Below are positions 25,801 to 40,800 of a stretch of DNA of 64,000 bases, one piece after another. The notes under the pieces were generated by a model. It did not search any database, was not told where the DNA came from, and saw nothing but the letters and a program-made list of their open reading frames with translations. The stretch spans positions 44,082,001-44,146,000 of the forward strand of contig NC_082738.1 of the NCBI RefSeq assembly GCF_030144855.1. The letters are read 5' to 3'. This DNA comes from Hypanus sabinus (taxonomy: Eukaryota). Numbering within the stretch: the first letter of the stretch is position 1; the number at the start of each line of letters is the position of its first letter. The position numbers and the translations under genes are program-made.

Positions 25801-28800
25801 ATGTGCATAATCAGCAGTGTGATAAGAAGAAGATTTATAAAGCCCCAGATTTTAAATGGTCCAATGATCTCCCAGCTTTCAAAAAATACAGATCTGATGC
25901 TCCTGTAAAACAAAACACACCTTTAATTTTGAAACAGTTCAGATATGCAGGAAAAATTAAGTCAAAATTAGACAATGGGTGGATTTTGATTCTTAGTAAT
26001 CTCCCTGAAAAGATCTTTTGTTCATTTCATAAATTTATTGAAATGTGTGAAATGACAATCAGACACATTCTGTAAAGCTAGGGAAATCTACCCTTCCAGG
26101 TTACTGCACATGCAGTGACAACAATTTATGCCAATTATTTGCTTCTCCCTATTAGTTAATTGAAATGAGCATAGGTAAAATGCCATTTCCTATCAAAATG
26201 AGAGTCCCATCCCTGAATGAGGCACAGTGACAATTTAAAAATAGAACAGGGGGCACAGCCTCAGAATACAAGGTCATCCCTTTAGAACAGTAGCCAGAGA
26301 GTGGTGATTATGTGGAATTCATTGCCAAAGACAGCTGTGGACACCAAGTCATTGGATATATTTAAAGCGGTTTGAGAAATGGCAGAGCAGACTCGATGGG
26401 CAGAATGACCTAATTCTGCTCCTGTGTCTTAAAGTATTACATAAAGTTATTTAAAATAACTTTAATGCATGCTATATTTTTGCTACAATTAAGGCTGTAG
26501 CAGAAATCATTGGGCTTTTGAGATAAAGGGGTATTTTCAATTCCTAAAGAATGCTTATGCTCTTAAAGTGGAAGGACAGATTCTCATCATTCCCTTTTCA
26601 CCTCAGTTGCTGACAACATGGAAAAAAGGGTCACAGGCATTCTTGCAACAGTTGTTCAGAGGCATGTAACCTAAGGAATGACATACAGAGCTAATATGAT
26701 ACATGAGCTGTTTTTCAGGGATGAGATCTTGTGAATTTCATTATGAACAAGATATGTATATTACAAGCTATCTCTAAATTTGTGGAAAATTTTGAAATTC
26801 ACTTATTTTTCTCATTGAGAATAATTTATGTCATTCCATTTGCGAGCAATTTGAGGTGGCTATTTAGATCAATGTGGGAACTACAGACTCTTCCACTGAC
26901 AGATAGGTAATAGCCAAGAGGACCAGTGAATGGGGAGCTTGCGAGGTGGTCCACTCCTGCCATTCATACAGAGCTTCTGGGTGCTCTTAATGTAAGGCAT
27001 CTAAATTGTCATATCATCTTGAATGCTCTTTCTTCACTTTGAGCAGTTGTAGCTCAGAAGCATCCAGGAATCAGTGGAGACATTACACTTTTTCAGGGTA
27101 ACCATGTTCTCTTTCCTCCTGGTTATCTCTTCTCATGACAGAGCTTAGAATGGAATAACTGTCCATTTCATCTCAGTGGATGGTAGAACTCCTAAACTTC
27201 TTTCTCTTTATCATTTTGGGGGAAAAGGCACCATTGAGCACTCTTCCTCCTACTTCTGACTGATATGTAATCCTCTGTGGCTGGCTTAGTTATTAAAGGA
27301 GATAATTATCTCTTATAATCATCTTTAATGAAACTTTAATCATGATCTAAAACAGCTATGTGAAGAAACATGTTCCAGTACGAGTCACACATTTTTATTA
27401 TGCTATTCCCAACCTAATTTACTTGGATTAACCTGACAAATAATATCTGAATTGTAATATGATTAAAAAGAGGACATGCCCAAATTATTTATGAACTTCA
27501 ACTTCACTGAAACAAATTTTGCAAACTATTCAAAATATTTTTTTCAATTTCAGGTAGCATTCAAATATTTTATTTCAAAAAATTTATTCATAAGGTTTGC
27601 AGAAATGTGCTTCAGTAATTGTCATGTTCACAAAGTGCAAAAGAGACCATCTTAGTCAACCACTATAATAACTTTGGCTCTAATATTAGTCTGCAGACGC
27701 TACTGAATTTATCTTAACCTGTGTCTTTGACATTGCTCTTTCAAGCATTATTTATTACAAGTGCAATGAGAGAAACATCTTTTGAATTAATCCATCTTAC
27801 TTTCAAGTTCAAAAACTGAATGTTTAAAGTAAATATTTTACATTATGAACATCTCAAATTTAATCCAATTTCATGCAATGAAGATCTGTTACAATAGAAA
27901 TATATCCTGTTCAAATACAATAAATTGCCCTTGTTCGCATGTACCAGGTTCAATTGTACAAAATTTCAGAAGCTGCATGACTGTTAGAATGACACTTTTC
28001 ACATATGATAAATTTCTATCTCATTGCCTTATGTGGTATTTTATGCCAGTTCTGCATCTGTTTGGTCTGTAGAACTGGCATAGAACTTGGGCTATAGAAA
28101 ATGACTGTCCCAACTTTTCATTGAGTATGTGCTGAAGTAGCTAATTTCAGCCTTAGCTAGTGTGGGAAAAAGAAAGCACTTTGCTTTGAGCTTTGATCAC
28201 TGAAAACTCAAAGTGTGCCTATACTGAGTGAGGTAATGATTAGGCCCAGTTTGCCGTCATGGTCAAATAACCTAACAATATTCCAACTCACACATGAAGG
28301 CTGAACAGTAGCAAGAGTCTATGAAACCATATGGAAAGCATGTTTGACAGAGGAAGCTGAGAATGAAAATTACATTGTCAGGAAAAAATGACATCCTGTA
28401 TAAATTAATGATCTTACTTCCCTACAATTAATATAAATACAGCTGTGAAAAGGTAAGAAGATATTACTCACGTGATTGGATATATTACCAGACGGGTCAC
28501 AATGAAGACAACAGCAAACATCAAGAAGAAGATGTTGCAGAGTTTTTGCCATTTAGCATAGTTTGCCATTTTAGCAAGCTAGATTTAAAGAAAAAATATA
28601 ATTGGTATCATGAACCTATCAACAAATTTGAAAGAAACAGGTCCATATCCATGTGCAAAAGCATACAATTAGTAAGAATTAGTTATCCTTGGAATAAATC
28701 ATTCAAATCATAATCTGAGATGAATGGTTCTGATTGCCATATTACAGGAAGTATATAATTGCATTGGAGACAAGTTTCACAAGTATACTGCTTTAGAAGG

Positions 28801-31800
28801 AGAGACTGAATAGGTTTGATTTGATTTCCAAAGGGTAGATAAGGGACTGCTGGAGATAAACAAAATTATGAAGAGAATAGATATAATAAGAAACTTCTCT
28901 CCACAGCAAAGATATCTACAATTAGAGGGCATTAATTTAGGGTGAGCAATAACAGGCTTAGAAAAGAACCAAGTTAGAACTTTTTGGTTGGAATCTGAAT
29001 GTACTGCCTGAGTTGATGGCGGACGCACATATTCTCACAATATTTAAAACATAACCAGACAAGGCTTTAACTACAAAAGCATGCAAGAGTATGGACTAAG
29101 TGCAGGTGAATGGTTGAAGAACAGATGACTACTTAGTCGGTATACACTTGGTGGACTGAAGGGCCCATATACATGCTCTATGATGCTCTATGCATGGTCT
29201 TTCAGTAACCAGGTGCCTTTGGAGATTTTGGACAGATGACATTCCTCGTGTACTTAAACCCAGGGTGCAATTAAGATTCTGGTGGAGCGGCTTTCAATTT
29301 TGTCCATTTATGGTGACAGAACTCAACACTACAGCCTGCTTTTACTTTAGGTGTTTGTGAGGCAGCTAATTTATTTCATTATGTTAAATAACTGTCTTAT
29401 GGAGGAACAAGCAAGAGAAAGATGATAGAGCTTAGGAAGTAAGTTCTAAAGCTCAGGTATTTGGCTGTTTACAGTGTTGTAATTGAATTCAAGGACAATC
29501 AACAAGCCAGCTTTTGAAACTGCTATAAAACTGACTGCCATTTGGTAAAGTTTGTATTGAAAATTAATTAGCATTACTACTTTATCTCAAGTAGGATACT
29601 GTTTTCCCCATTGACAATATGTTCAGATTCAGCATTCAATCAAAGCCAAAGATCGAAGTGTCCTGAAGGTAAATTGGCCAAAACTATCTAACAATTAATT
29701 TCATCCTTTTTTTAAAGATCCTTTCAAAGTGTTGGATAAGGAAGTATCCATTGGTCAAGAAACTAGCTGGTTTGCCTGGAATAAAGCGACTCTCACACAA
29801 GGCTAATTAATTAGAAAAAATATCAGATAAAACAATAGATCAAAATAAAAGAAATTTATCAGGCATTGAAGAATAAAATACTTAAATACATCCTATAATG
29901 AAAAATCTACCAAAGACACAAGTTAAGATCAAGACTGAAATTCACCAAGAAAAATACAATTGGTACATAGAAGGATAATAGAAAAAAATAAGTTTAGAAC
30001 TATGAGGAAAATTAGAAAATCTAACAGAATATGAAAAGATGGACAATCCACAAAAATACCAAGTGCTTTTATGAACTGATAAATAAACAATGTGAAAGAA
30101 GAACAGACCCTTCTTAGAGATGAAAGGGTCCTAATCAATTTGTGTCATGGAATGTCATAAATATTTAACAAGCATTTTGTCCTGCTCCTTAGCTTTTGCA
30201 ACTCCTTTTGAAAAAGGAAAACCAATTGGAAGTTCAAATATCTGAGAAAAGGTAGAAACTATAAATGGACATAAATATGTAAGCAATCCAAGCTTAATCA
30301 AAATGCCTTTAAAATATTGAGGAAGACTGAGGAATATGGCAGCAGAATCAGCTAAACATTTTTCACTAGTCTTTAGAAAATGGAAATCAAAATTTTTGGA
30401 CAGCAGCAAATAATACATCTACGTACACAAAAAATGATAGAGGCCAGACAGAAAATTATAAAAGTTACGCTAACTACAGGTGTGTGTGGTAACCTTCAAG
30501 GGCAGATCTTGACTTCCTACAGAAGTGCAAAACGATTTATAGCACGTTCATGGCCTATTTATATCCTTCACAGTTCTCATGACTTCAATAGAGAACCAAT
30601 TATGTAATCTGGTTTGCAATCACCCTATCTATGTTATAGCATCTGCTGGAGGAACTCAGTGGGTTCAGCAACATATGATGTAGAATCACAGCCCATTGCC
30701 CCACAACAGATGCTGCTCAACCAGTTGAATTCTTCCAGCAATTTTTGGCTTCAAATTACAGCATCTGCTGACTCTTGTTTCTCCACCCTACTGTAGCTTT
30801 GCTTGAAGACTGGATTAATACTACTGTTCATAATATAAGATGAAAGTGATGAAGATTTATATGACCATCTGGGGAAAGTCAAGAATGGGGACACAGCAAG
30901 TGTCCAATGTATTAATTTTGCCCCAACAAGAATCTAAAGCATCAGCTCTGTGATCTCTGCTGCTCCATGACCCCACACTCACCAAGCTTCACTACCACAG
31001 CCACGTGTCTTTTCTGGATATTTGTCTCTACTGCCATGTTGTCCCACTCGGCTTCCAGCTCCATTTCCAGCAAGGATCCAAGGAATTTTCCTATCAATTT
31101 CCAAAAACTTCAGCCCTTTATTTTTGTCTATTAAATCCCAGCTTCTGATTCCCACTCATCCCCCTCACCCCATCAGTCTATCACCCCTCCCTCACCTGAA
31201 TCCAACTGCCAGTTCGTGCTCCATGCCTCCCTTCCACCTTTTCATACTGGCTATCTCCCTTCTATCTTCTATCTTTCAGTTCAGGTGAAGGGTCTCGACC
31301 TGAAATGTCAATTGTCCATTCCCCTCCATAGATGCTGCCTGACCCACTGAGTTCCTCCAGCACTATGTGTGCAACTACAGTCACCAATGGTCTGTAAAAA
31401 CAAAACTTTTATAAGATACCTCAGCTGAATCATAAACACAAGAGATTTTGCATATCCTAGAAACCCAGGGCAACACATACAAAATGCTGGTGCGAACAGC
31501 AAAATATTGGGAAAAAAAATCCTGTAGGATTTAGTATGATGCCTATAAAATAGCCAAACATTAGTAATGGATATTATACAAACATATTTTATTTTCCTTC
31601 TTTCAATTATTTAATGATTGTATACAAAGTCCACTGTTACAGGAGAGTTTGGCCCACTGGGCCTATTCTGCCCCATGCTTTTCTATCATTTAACTTGACC
31701 TGCAACATGTCCCATTCGCAAGGTGTCCCTTATTAGCTGGCAACCATAGAGGGTAAATAGAAAAGCCTATAATAGGTTAAATGAAAGGACTGAACATAAA

Positions 31801-34800
31801 TACTTTTTTCTCCACAACTTCTTTTAGAATATATTTTGCTTCACTACAGCTGGCTTTCTGACAGGATTGTTACTGTTTAACAAAGTTGGTTAGATAAGAA
31901 TCTGAAAAGAGATGGACAACAGAGAGAAGGGTTAGGGTATCCATTTAAATATGAAATAAAGAAACATGTGCAGGAGTCGATGACCTTCTATAACACTATA
32001 TCTATTCTTTTAAGTATCTTAAAAAGGATGTATCATCTTCAGTTTGGTTGAATGATAACAACACCGAGAACAAGTTAGAGTAATTTAACAATTCAGATGG
32101 ATGCAGTGTGTCTGCTATTTTAAACAATGGTTTTGAAGAACTGCTTTCATCACTCTTTTAAACTGTAAGTGATATATATATAAAAGTGGATGTAATGTAC
32201 ACCCCTGTGGGAGTATCTGTAGTGCATTAATGGAAAAGAGCCTGAGGGGAAATGATATTAACTGAATACAAAATCTGGCTAATTGATGCCCATTCTTACA
32301 CTTACCTCTAGAAAAATATCAGCAGCATCATGCAAGAGGAGGATAATTGTTCCTACACGTGTCATATTAGCAATGTAGGCAATTGTCAGCAGCAGAATGG
32401 TGACATGATGATGGATGCACATAACAACAAAATCCTAAAAAGAAGCAAGAGAAAGTTACCCAAGATCATTTGGACCTTCGATCACTTTGTGAAGATCTTG
32501 AGCTTGATACCATTTCTACAGCTCTTGGTTCAGATTGATATGAGCCACAAAATGAAAGTTGAATTGCAGCATGTATGTTGCCTGTCCAGTGAGGTACTGA
32601 AGGAATGCAGGATCCACTGAAAATTTCCTTAAAATTCCACTAAAATTTTAAACAGTTAAAGCAAACCTATTCACCCTACTGATACTATTCAATTAACTAC
32701 ACTATCTGATCCACAGTATACAATATATCAAGCAAATAGTGATAAAGGGTGCAGCAACACTGTAGTTAAATTGTTGAATTAATAATTCAGAGGCTTGAAC
32801 TAATGTTCCCAAGTCTCAGCAGTAGCAGAATTTAAGCTCAATTAAATCTGCCATAAAAAGTAATGTCACCACAGTAACCCTGACTCTACTGAGCCTACCT
32901 TGTTCAAAAATTTCCTCTTAGGAAAGAAATATGCCTTCCTTAACTGTTCTGTACTATCCGTGATCTTGACCCACCGTGATGTGGTTTGCTCTTAACCCAC
33001 TGAAATGTATAATGACAATTAATTATGCATTCATTCATTGGATGTGAGCAAGAAATTAGAACTATAGGGTATCTATGTAAACAGAGGCTGTTAAAAAGGA
33101 GATGGAAGAAAAAACATCAAGATTAAAATACAGAATTGGTTTTTAAAATTCCAAAGATTTTATGATATTCCATTGATAGTTGATTCACATTTTATAAAAC
33201 TTCTTTTTTCAAATTATATCCTTTCTTACAACATATCCTTTCTTTCCATCTCACCCAACCCCAATATCAGCACCTCCATCTTGCCACTTACCCACTGCCA
33301 ACTCCAACACCTCCTGCAGGCAATGATGTGGTAGGGGATGCTCAATTTAGTCAATTTGGAACCAGTTTAGTGAAGCCTCTATTTTTTACAATTGGCCCAT
33401 AGAATCTTAAAGTCTTGAGATCTTGCTATTCAGTCCACATAAGCCCTACAAATAACTTGAAGCATTTTTTCCTTTGAATGTTTACAAAAGGCATACATTT
33501 ATGTGGGGCAGATGCAATTTACATCCCAAGGCACTGAAAGAGAAAATATCTATATTCTTGGAAGATTGCGAAACTGAGGATTATGTGGAACTGACATAGA
33601 ACAGGAGCCATGATCATATTGAATGGTGGGACACATTTAAGAAGTTGGATGGCCTACTTCTGCTCCTATGTACTTGTGTTCTTATGCCAGCTCCAGATGG
33701 AATGTTGTCATTGTCAGCCTATCACATGTACAGAGGAACTTTATACTTGCAAGCTACATGTACGCTTTGCTATGAAAATCTTGTGTATGTCATTTGATTT
33801 TTCAGCAAAAAGAATGCTTTATTATCCAGTGATGACTTTTACTTCACATATTTATTCTTTTGTTCAATTCTATAGTGTCTACTTTTTTGTTCCCTGAAAA
33901 GGAAAGCATGGTAAACCAATGAAGCATGGCTCTGCTTTCGATCCAAAATAACATAAACAACTTTCATTACTAGTAAAGGCAGGACATTTAGAGTGATAAC
34001 AACCATAATAAGAATCAGAGTCAGGCAAGTACTTGGAATCAAAATAAATCCCCTGAGTAAAATACATGAAGCAACAGACAATGTTTTTTTAAAATAAATG
34101 TCAGAAGCAATAGTGACCCTATATCCATCATCATAATTAAGATTTGAGGGTGGGAAATGAAGAATTACAAGAAATGCATTTCACTTGCAAGTGAAATAGC
34201 CATATTGAATGGGCAGGTTATATTATAACTCACTAAAAGAAAGGACTAAATTATACTCCATCACATTAGTGTTCATTATTTATTTATATTCACAGTTTTG
34301 ATATAATTGTTATACACTCTCAAAACCAACTGGATAGGATACACCATTAAATTTCAGTCTGGTAGATGAATAAATATTGCATTATATTCCAAAGGCACAG
34401 ACTCGTGTTTCATCTACTACGTGTTTTCCCTACTAAAATATACTAACTGCTTTAGATATTAACTGTTTAATGAGTGACTCAATGATCTTGATACCAAGCT
34501 TGCCCCAAACTCAGTCAACAAAAAGTTGCCTTACATGATCTGGACTAAGCATCCTATTGAGTAACTCTGCTGATAAGTACTGGAAAAACCCAGCCCAAGA
34601 CACTAGAAATGAAAGCTATTTGAATAATACACACTTATAATATCATCAGAGATACCAAAATAATGTGAGTCTTACCTTTCTTTTAACATCAAAAAACTGT
34701 GAAAATATCAGAGACCCATAAAAAGCGAATTCCATCATGAAATGTATATAGACTTCAAATGAAAGTTCCTTTGAACAAAAAGATACAGAATTTAACTTTG

Positions 34801-37800
34801 CTTTTATAAGGAATGCTAATACTTACTTAAAATGGGGACTTAAAAAGACAAGAAAAATACCACATATCCTTTCTAACTGTGTAGAAAGTCACACCAATTG
34901 ATAGTATTAGACACTATATAAGCAGTGACCTTGCATTCCACTCTGCTTTTGAAATATTGCTCCATTGACTTCAATGAAACTAAATTTTGTAAGTAGTATA
35001 GAATATGAAGGCACGACCTCATAACCTACCAGAAATAAGACAGAATTAAAACCAGGGTTTCTGACCATAGTAAAAGGTTAATCACCCAAATGTTAAGCAA
35101 ACAGTCGGTCAATAATCGGCTAGCATCCTATTCCGTTTTTATTTAGTTACAAGTTAAATTAATATATTTTGGCAGAAAAAAAAGTTCCTTATCTGCAAAG
35201 GTTCAGAGATGACTGGAAGGATGTTTTCTTTTTTTCTAATTTTATCCTCAAATGGACTGCCCCATCTTTCTTTCTTTCTTTTTTTGTTTTAGGTTAGTTT
35301 AGCGGGGTTTTTTTTTCTCTTTAAAATTTCCAATCTTTGTTTTCTTTACGATTTGTCAAGAGGAGTTGTAGTTTCTTGTTTATATACAACAGCTTAACAT
35401 TATATTTAATTGACCTTGACAGTATATTGTTTTTTGTTGTTTCTACATTTTTTGTATTATGTGTTTGCTAAAACTTCTCTGATTTGTATTTTTTTCTTTG
35501 TTGGAAAATTAATTTAAAAAAGATTGAAAATGAAACATGAATATATTTCAAAATTAGACCAAATCTTTTTTTTTCCATTTTGTATCACTTTTTAAAATAT
35601 AGCATTTTTTTCATTTACTGAATGCAACATTAGCATTAAATACAAATTCCATGGCATGCATGTCATTTGTTCCATAGTAAACAAAGTTCTCTATGCTAAA
35701 GTTCCACAATATGCACTGTCCTACAATGTTTAGTGGTTGGAATGAATACCTTCAAGCCATAAATTGTGGAATTAAGTAATACAATTTGGAGGATTCAAGC
35801 CTAAAATTAAAATGAGGACTTCAGAGCAATTCTGACAAAGTGTTAATCCATGTTTTATCTATCTTTGCAAGTAACATGCCAATTCAAAAAATATAGGATG
35901 CCTGGGCCAGTATTCATGCTTCAACTAACACTAACAAACAGATTACATGGTTTACCTTAACTATGCTTACTGGAATTTTGTGTCTAAATTAGCTCTTGGT
36001 TTGATTTTATAACAACTGACAACACTGCAAAATGATTTTATTTTGCATGTGAAGTATTTTGGGGTGTACTAATTACATGATTGTTTTTTAAAAATTTAAA
36101 CTCAGGCAAATATACTTTTTTCAATACATGTCCTCCCAGAGGTTATGACAGTCTGACTTACCTACAGCCCTTGGGAGACCGATGGGATGGATTTGTTAGC
36201 TGCTGTGAGGCTGCAGATGTCTTTTGCCACCTTGGAACCTGCTTCACAGCTGCATTTCTGACTTGTGAACTGTCCAGTTACAAACAGTTCACTTGAATGG
36301 TACCATACCATTAACTGGGGATAATTTGTATACATGCCAACTCTTTTTGCCATATAAGAATGGTTCTGTGTTGTTACCTTGCACTCACCATAATGTAAGA
36401 AATGATCCAAGATTGCTTCCTGTTGCTACATCAGTTGGACACAACCATTTTGAAAAAAGCACAAGATCATTTTGTTCTTTCTACATCTGATCAAAGTAAA
36501 CAAAGCTGGATATATGGAGTTTTCACCAATTCCATGTCCAGTGTGCATGTGCATTATCCAATACTTATGCCAATATGCATATTTATTCAACATTATACTT
36601 TTGGACAACAACATCAAACCCTATCTTCTATTTGCCTAAGTTTTTGTCACATTTCATGTTTTACATAAATAATCTGGTACTGCAAACTCTAAAGATGTCC
36701 TGCAGAAATAAAATGTAACAAACATTCATCTTAAAAGGCAATTTATAGATTTGTATACACAGTTGGGTGGGGTTCGAACAAGACAACTCAGTAGCAGCCC
36801 ACTTGCTGCATACTTGAAGTGAAAGAATGTGGCTTGACTTGAAAAAAAAATATTGGAAGGTTGGAGCTGGTAAGATTTGCTAGAAGGGTACTCATCACAA
36901 TAAATTCAAAAATTATTGAGTTCCTACAGTTGCAAATCATTTACGCAAGGAAATACATAGAGGATGAGAATACTCATTTAGGAAACAAGTGCCACGTAAA
37001 ACTAAAATAACAGGCTTAAGTGTATCAGAGGGACAATCAACAAATTATCACTAAATATGGAAAAGTTATTTTGACAATACACTATACAGGTACAAGCCCT
37101 CTCCGAGTTATGAATGCTGAACTTATGAACATCCATACGTAAGCATAAGCTCCCATGAATATTTGTTAATTCAAATGAGAATCAGAGGGATCATCTAACA
37201 AGGTCATTTGGGTAGAACTCAGAAACAAAAAGGGGATGGTCACCTTAGAAGGGCTATATTATACATCCCAAAATAGTCAGTGGGAATTTGAGCAGCAGGT
37301 GTGTCAAGAAATTGCACATAGTTTTGAGAATAGTAGGGTAGTGCTAGAAGGAGATTTCAATTTTCCTAGTATTGACAGGGCCACCCAAAGTGCAATGGAG
37401 CTGGATGGAGTGGAATATATGCAATGCATTCAAGACAGTGCCCTCATGCAATATACAGAGGAACCAACTTGGGAAGCAGCAATACTAGACCCCCTCTGAG
37501 GTAGCAAGACAGACCAAGTAACAGAAATGGCGGCAGAGGAGAACTTTAGGTTTAGTGACCCCAAATCAATTATTTTAAAAATTGTTATGGAAAAAGAGAG
37601 AACAGGTCCACAGGTCATAGTCCTGAAGTAACATATGGGAAAGGAATTTTTAGCAGTGGGAGGTTTTTAAAGGGGTCATGTCAGGAGTCCAGATGTAGCA
37701 TGTTCTTGTTAGGGTGAAGGGCAGACATACCAAGATAAGTGAACCCTGGCTGATGAGAGATATCGAGGTTCCAGTCAGGAAAAAGAAAGAGCACTCATTG

Positions 37801-40800
37801 CTTTTAGGGAGCTGAGTATGAATGAATCCCTCGCTGATTATAACAAGTTTAAAAGCAGGCTTGAGAGGACAAAAAAAGGGTATGGATGGATTTGGCAGGC
37901 AGAGTTAAAGATAAGCCCAGGAGTACATTCACAGTAAAAGAGTGACTAGGGAGAGATTTCATCCTCTTAAAGACCATCATGGTCATCTACGTATGGAACT
38001 AAAGCAAATGGGCAAGGTTTTTAATATCTATTTCTCCTCTGTGTTTGCTGAGAACAATATAATGAATACCGAAGAAATTAGTGTAAAAAGCAGTGAGGTC
38101 TTGGGAAATATGACTATTACAAGGAAGGAGGTACTTACAGTCTTGAAGTGCATTAAGGTGAGCAAATCCACAGGGGCAAGTGCAGCCCTGAACCTTATGT
38201 AAAGCCAGGGAATAAATTGTAGAGGCCCTTATAGAGATATTTGCATCATCGTTAGCACCTGGTAATTTCCAGAAGATTGGAGGGTGGCTAATCTTGTCCT
38301 ATTGTTCAAGGGTAGCAAGGACGGGCCAGGTAACTACAGGCTGGAGAGCCTGACTTCAGTTGTAGAGAAGTTACAGTAAGGAATTCTGAGGGACAAGATT
38401 TACCATCACTGGATAATCACAATGATGATAGATCTTGTCCCTCAGAACCCCTGATCAGGAATATTCAGCCTGGTTTTGTGCATGGGATGTCATGTCTGAT
38501 TAATCTTTTGGAGTTTCTTAAAGAGGTAACTAAGGGGATAGATGAAGGTAGACAGTGAATGTTGTCTATATGGACTTTAGTAATGTCTTTGGCTAGGTTC
38601 CATGTGGCAGGCTGATCTGGAAGATTAGGTCACATGGGATTCAGGGGGAAATAGTGAGGTGGATTCAGAATTGACTTGATGATAAGAGGCAAAGAGTGAT
38701 GGTTGATGGTCAATTCTATGATTAGTGGGGTGCCTCAGGGGTCAGTGTGGGACTTCTTTTATTCATTATTTATATAAATGATTTGGATGTGAAAATACAT
38801 GGCAGGATTAGCAAATTTGTTGATGATTATAAATTATGGGTCTTGATCGTGAAGCAGGTTACAACAAATTATAAAAGGTTCTGGATCATTTAGGGAGATG
38901 GGCTGAGAAATCGTAGATGGATTTCAAAAACACAAAAAATTCTGCAGGTGCTGGAAATCCAAAGCAACACATACAAAATGCTGTGGAAACTCAGCAGGTC
39001 AGGCAACATCTGTGAAAATGAATAAATAGTCGAAGTTTCGAGCCAAGTTCCTTCTTCAGCACTGGAAAGGAAGGGGGAAGTTGCCAGAATAAAAAGGTGG
39101 GGGGAGGGGAAGGAGGATGGCTTGAAGGTGATAGGTGAAGCCAGGTGGGTAGGAAAGGTAAAGAGATGGAGAGGAAGTAATCTGATAGGAGAGGAGAGTG
39201 GACCATAGGAGAAAGAGAAGTAGGAGGGGACCCAGGCAGAGGTGATAGGCAAGCGAGGAGAGGTAAAAGGCCAGAATGGGGAATAGAAGAAGAGAGGAAA
39301 TGGAAGGAATTTTTTTTACTGGAAGGAGAAATCGATATTCATCCCATCAGGTTGGAGGCTACCCAGATGGAATATAAGGTGATGCTCCTCTACCCTTAGA
39401 GTGGCCTCATCATGGCACAAAAGGAGCCCATAGACCGACAAGTCAGAATGGAAATGGGAATGGGAACTAAAATGTTGGGCCACCGGAAAGTTCTGCTTTT
39501 GGCGGATGGAGTGGAGGTGCTCAATGAAGCAATCCCCTAATGTACAGCAGGTCTCACCACTGTAGAGGAGGTCGCATCAGAATAGACACAATAGACAACC
39601 CCAGCAGTTTCATAAATGAAGTGTTGCTTCACCTAGAAGAACTGTTTGGGGCCCTGAATGGAGGTGAGGGAGGTGATTGGGCAGGTGTAGCACTTCGGCT
39701 GCTTGCAGGGATAAGTACCGGGAATGAGATTCATGGGGAGGGACGAATAGACAAAGGAATTACAAAGGGAGTGATCCCTGCAGAAAGCGGAAAGAGAGGG
39801 AAGGTAAAGATATGTTTGGTGGTAGGATCCCTTTGAAGATTACAGAAGTTGTGGAGAATGATGTGTTGGATGCAGAGGCTCATGGGACCTGGGCTCTGCT
39901 ACTTTAATACACTCTTGGGCCTGAGCCCAGCACTTAAATCGATTAAACCTTCTTCACTCTCTGGCCCAGACCCTGTTGCCTTGACTCTGCCTCTTGGGCC
40001 TGAGCCCAGCACTTAAATCGATTAAACCTTCTTCACTCTCTGGCCCAGACCCTGTTGCCTTGACTCTGCCCTGCCTCAGTTCTGCTGCATTGAATTGTCT
40101 CCAAGTCCACTCCAGCATTGGCTCATTCCCCTCTCTGAGACCGAGGGCCCACCACTTCAATTCAGCCCGTATGTGCCACACTGCAACCATCTTACACCTT
40201 CGAGACTTCAGGTCCCACTGCAAAATTGCCATGTCGTACAAGCAGTTCAAAAGCTCAACTCCAAAAGGAAAATTGCAGACTATTGATCACGGTGACCGTT
40301 TACCAGAAAAAGTGTGATTAATAAAGTAGTTAGTAGATTTGTTTGCTACCAGCAAGTAGGTGCTGTGCTTCACCAGGGCCATCTTAAACCAGAAGTGGGC
40401 ATCAATCAGTTTCAGTCTGTGGAGGCTTATTCACAGACACACACTGCTCATTACTATGCTGTAGTGGTATGGTTACCACATCAAGTGATTTGTGTATTTT
40501 CCAAACTGTTGACAAAATCATCTTGTAAGCGTCTGTAAAAACAGAACCCAGGGATGACCAGTAAATGGAAAAAAACAATTCCAATCTGTTTGGGTTGAGC
40601 TGGAAATGATTATTTATTAAACTTTAATGAACGTGCAGAGTTGACTACTATGATTAATAAAATACAATTTGCACATTGGACTAAAGCTGGATTTAAGCTA
40701 CAATAAGTAAAACCAGATCACAAATATGATAACAGCTCCAACTATTTGTTTTAGAAACCAGCTCAATAGGGCAACAACTCTCCTCAATTCTACAGCTCTT

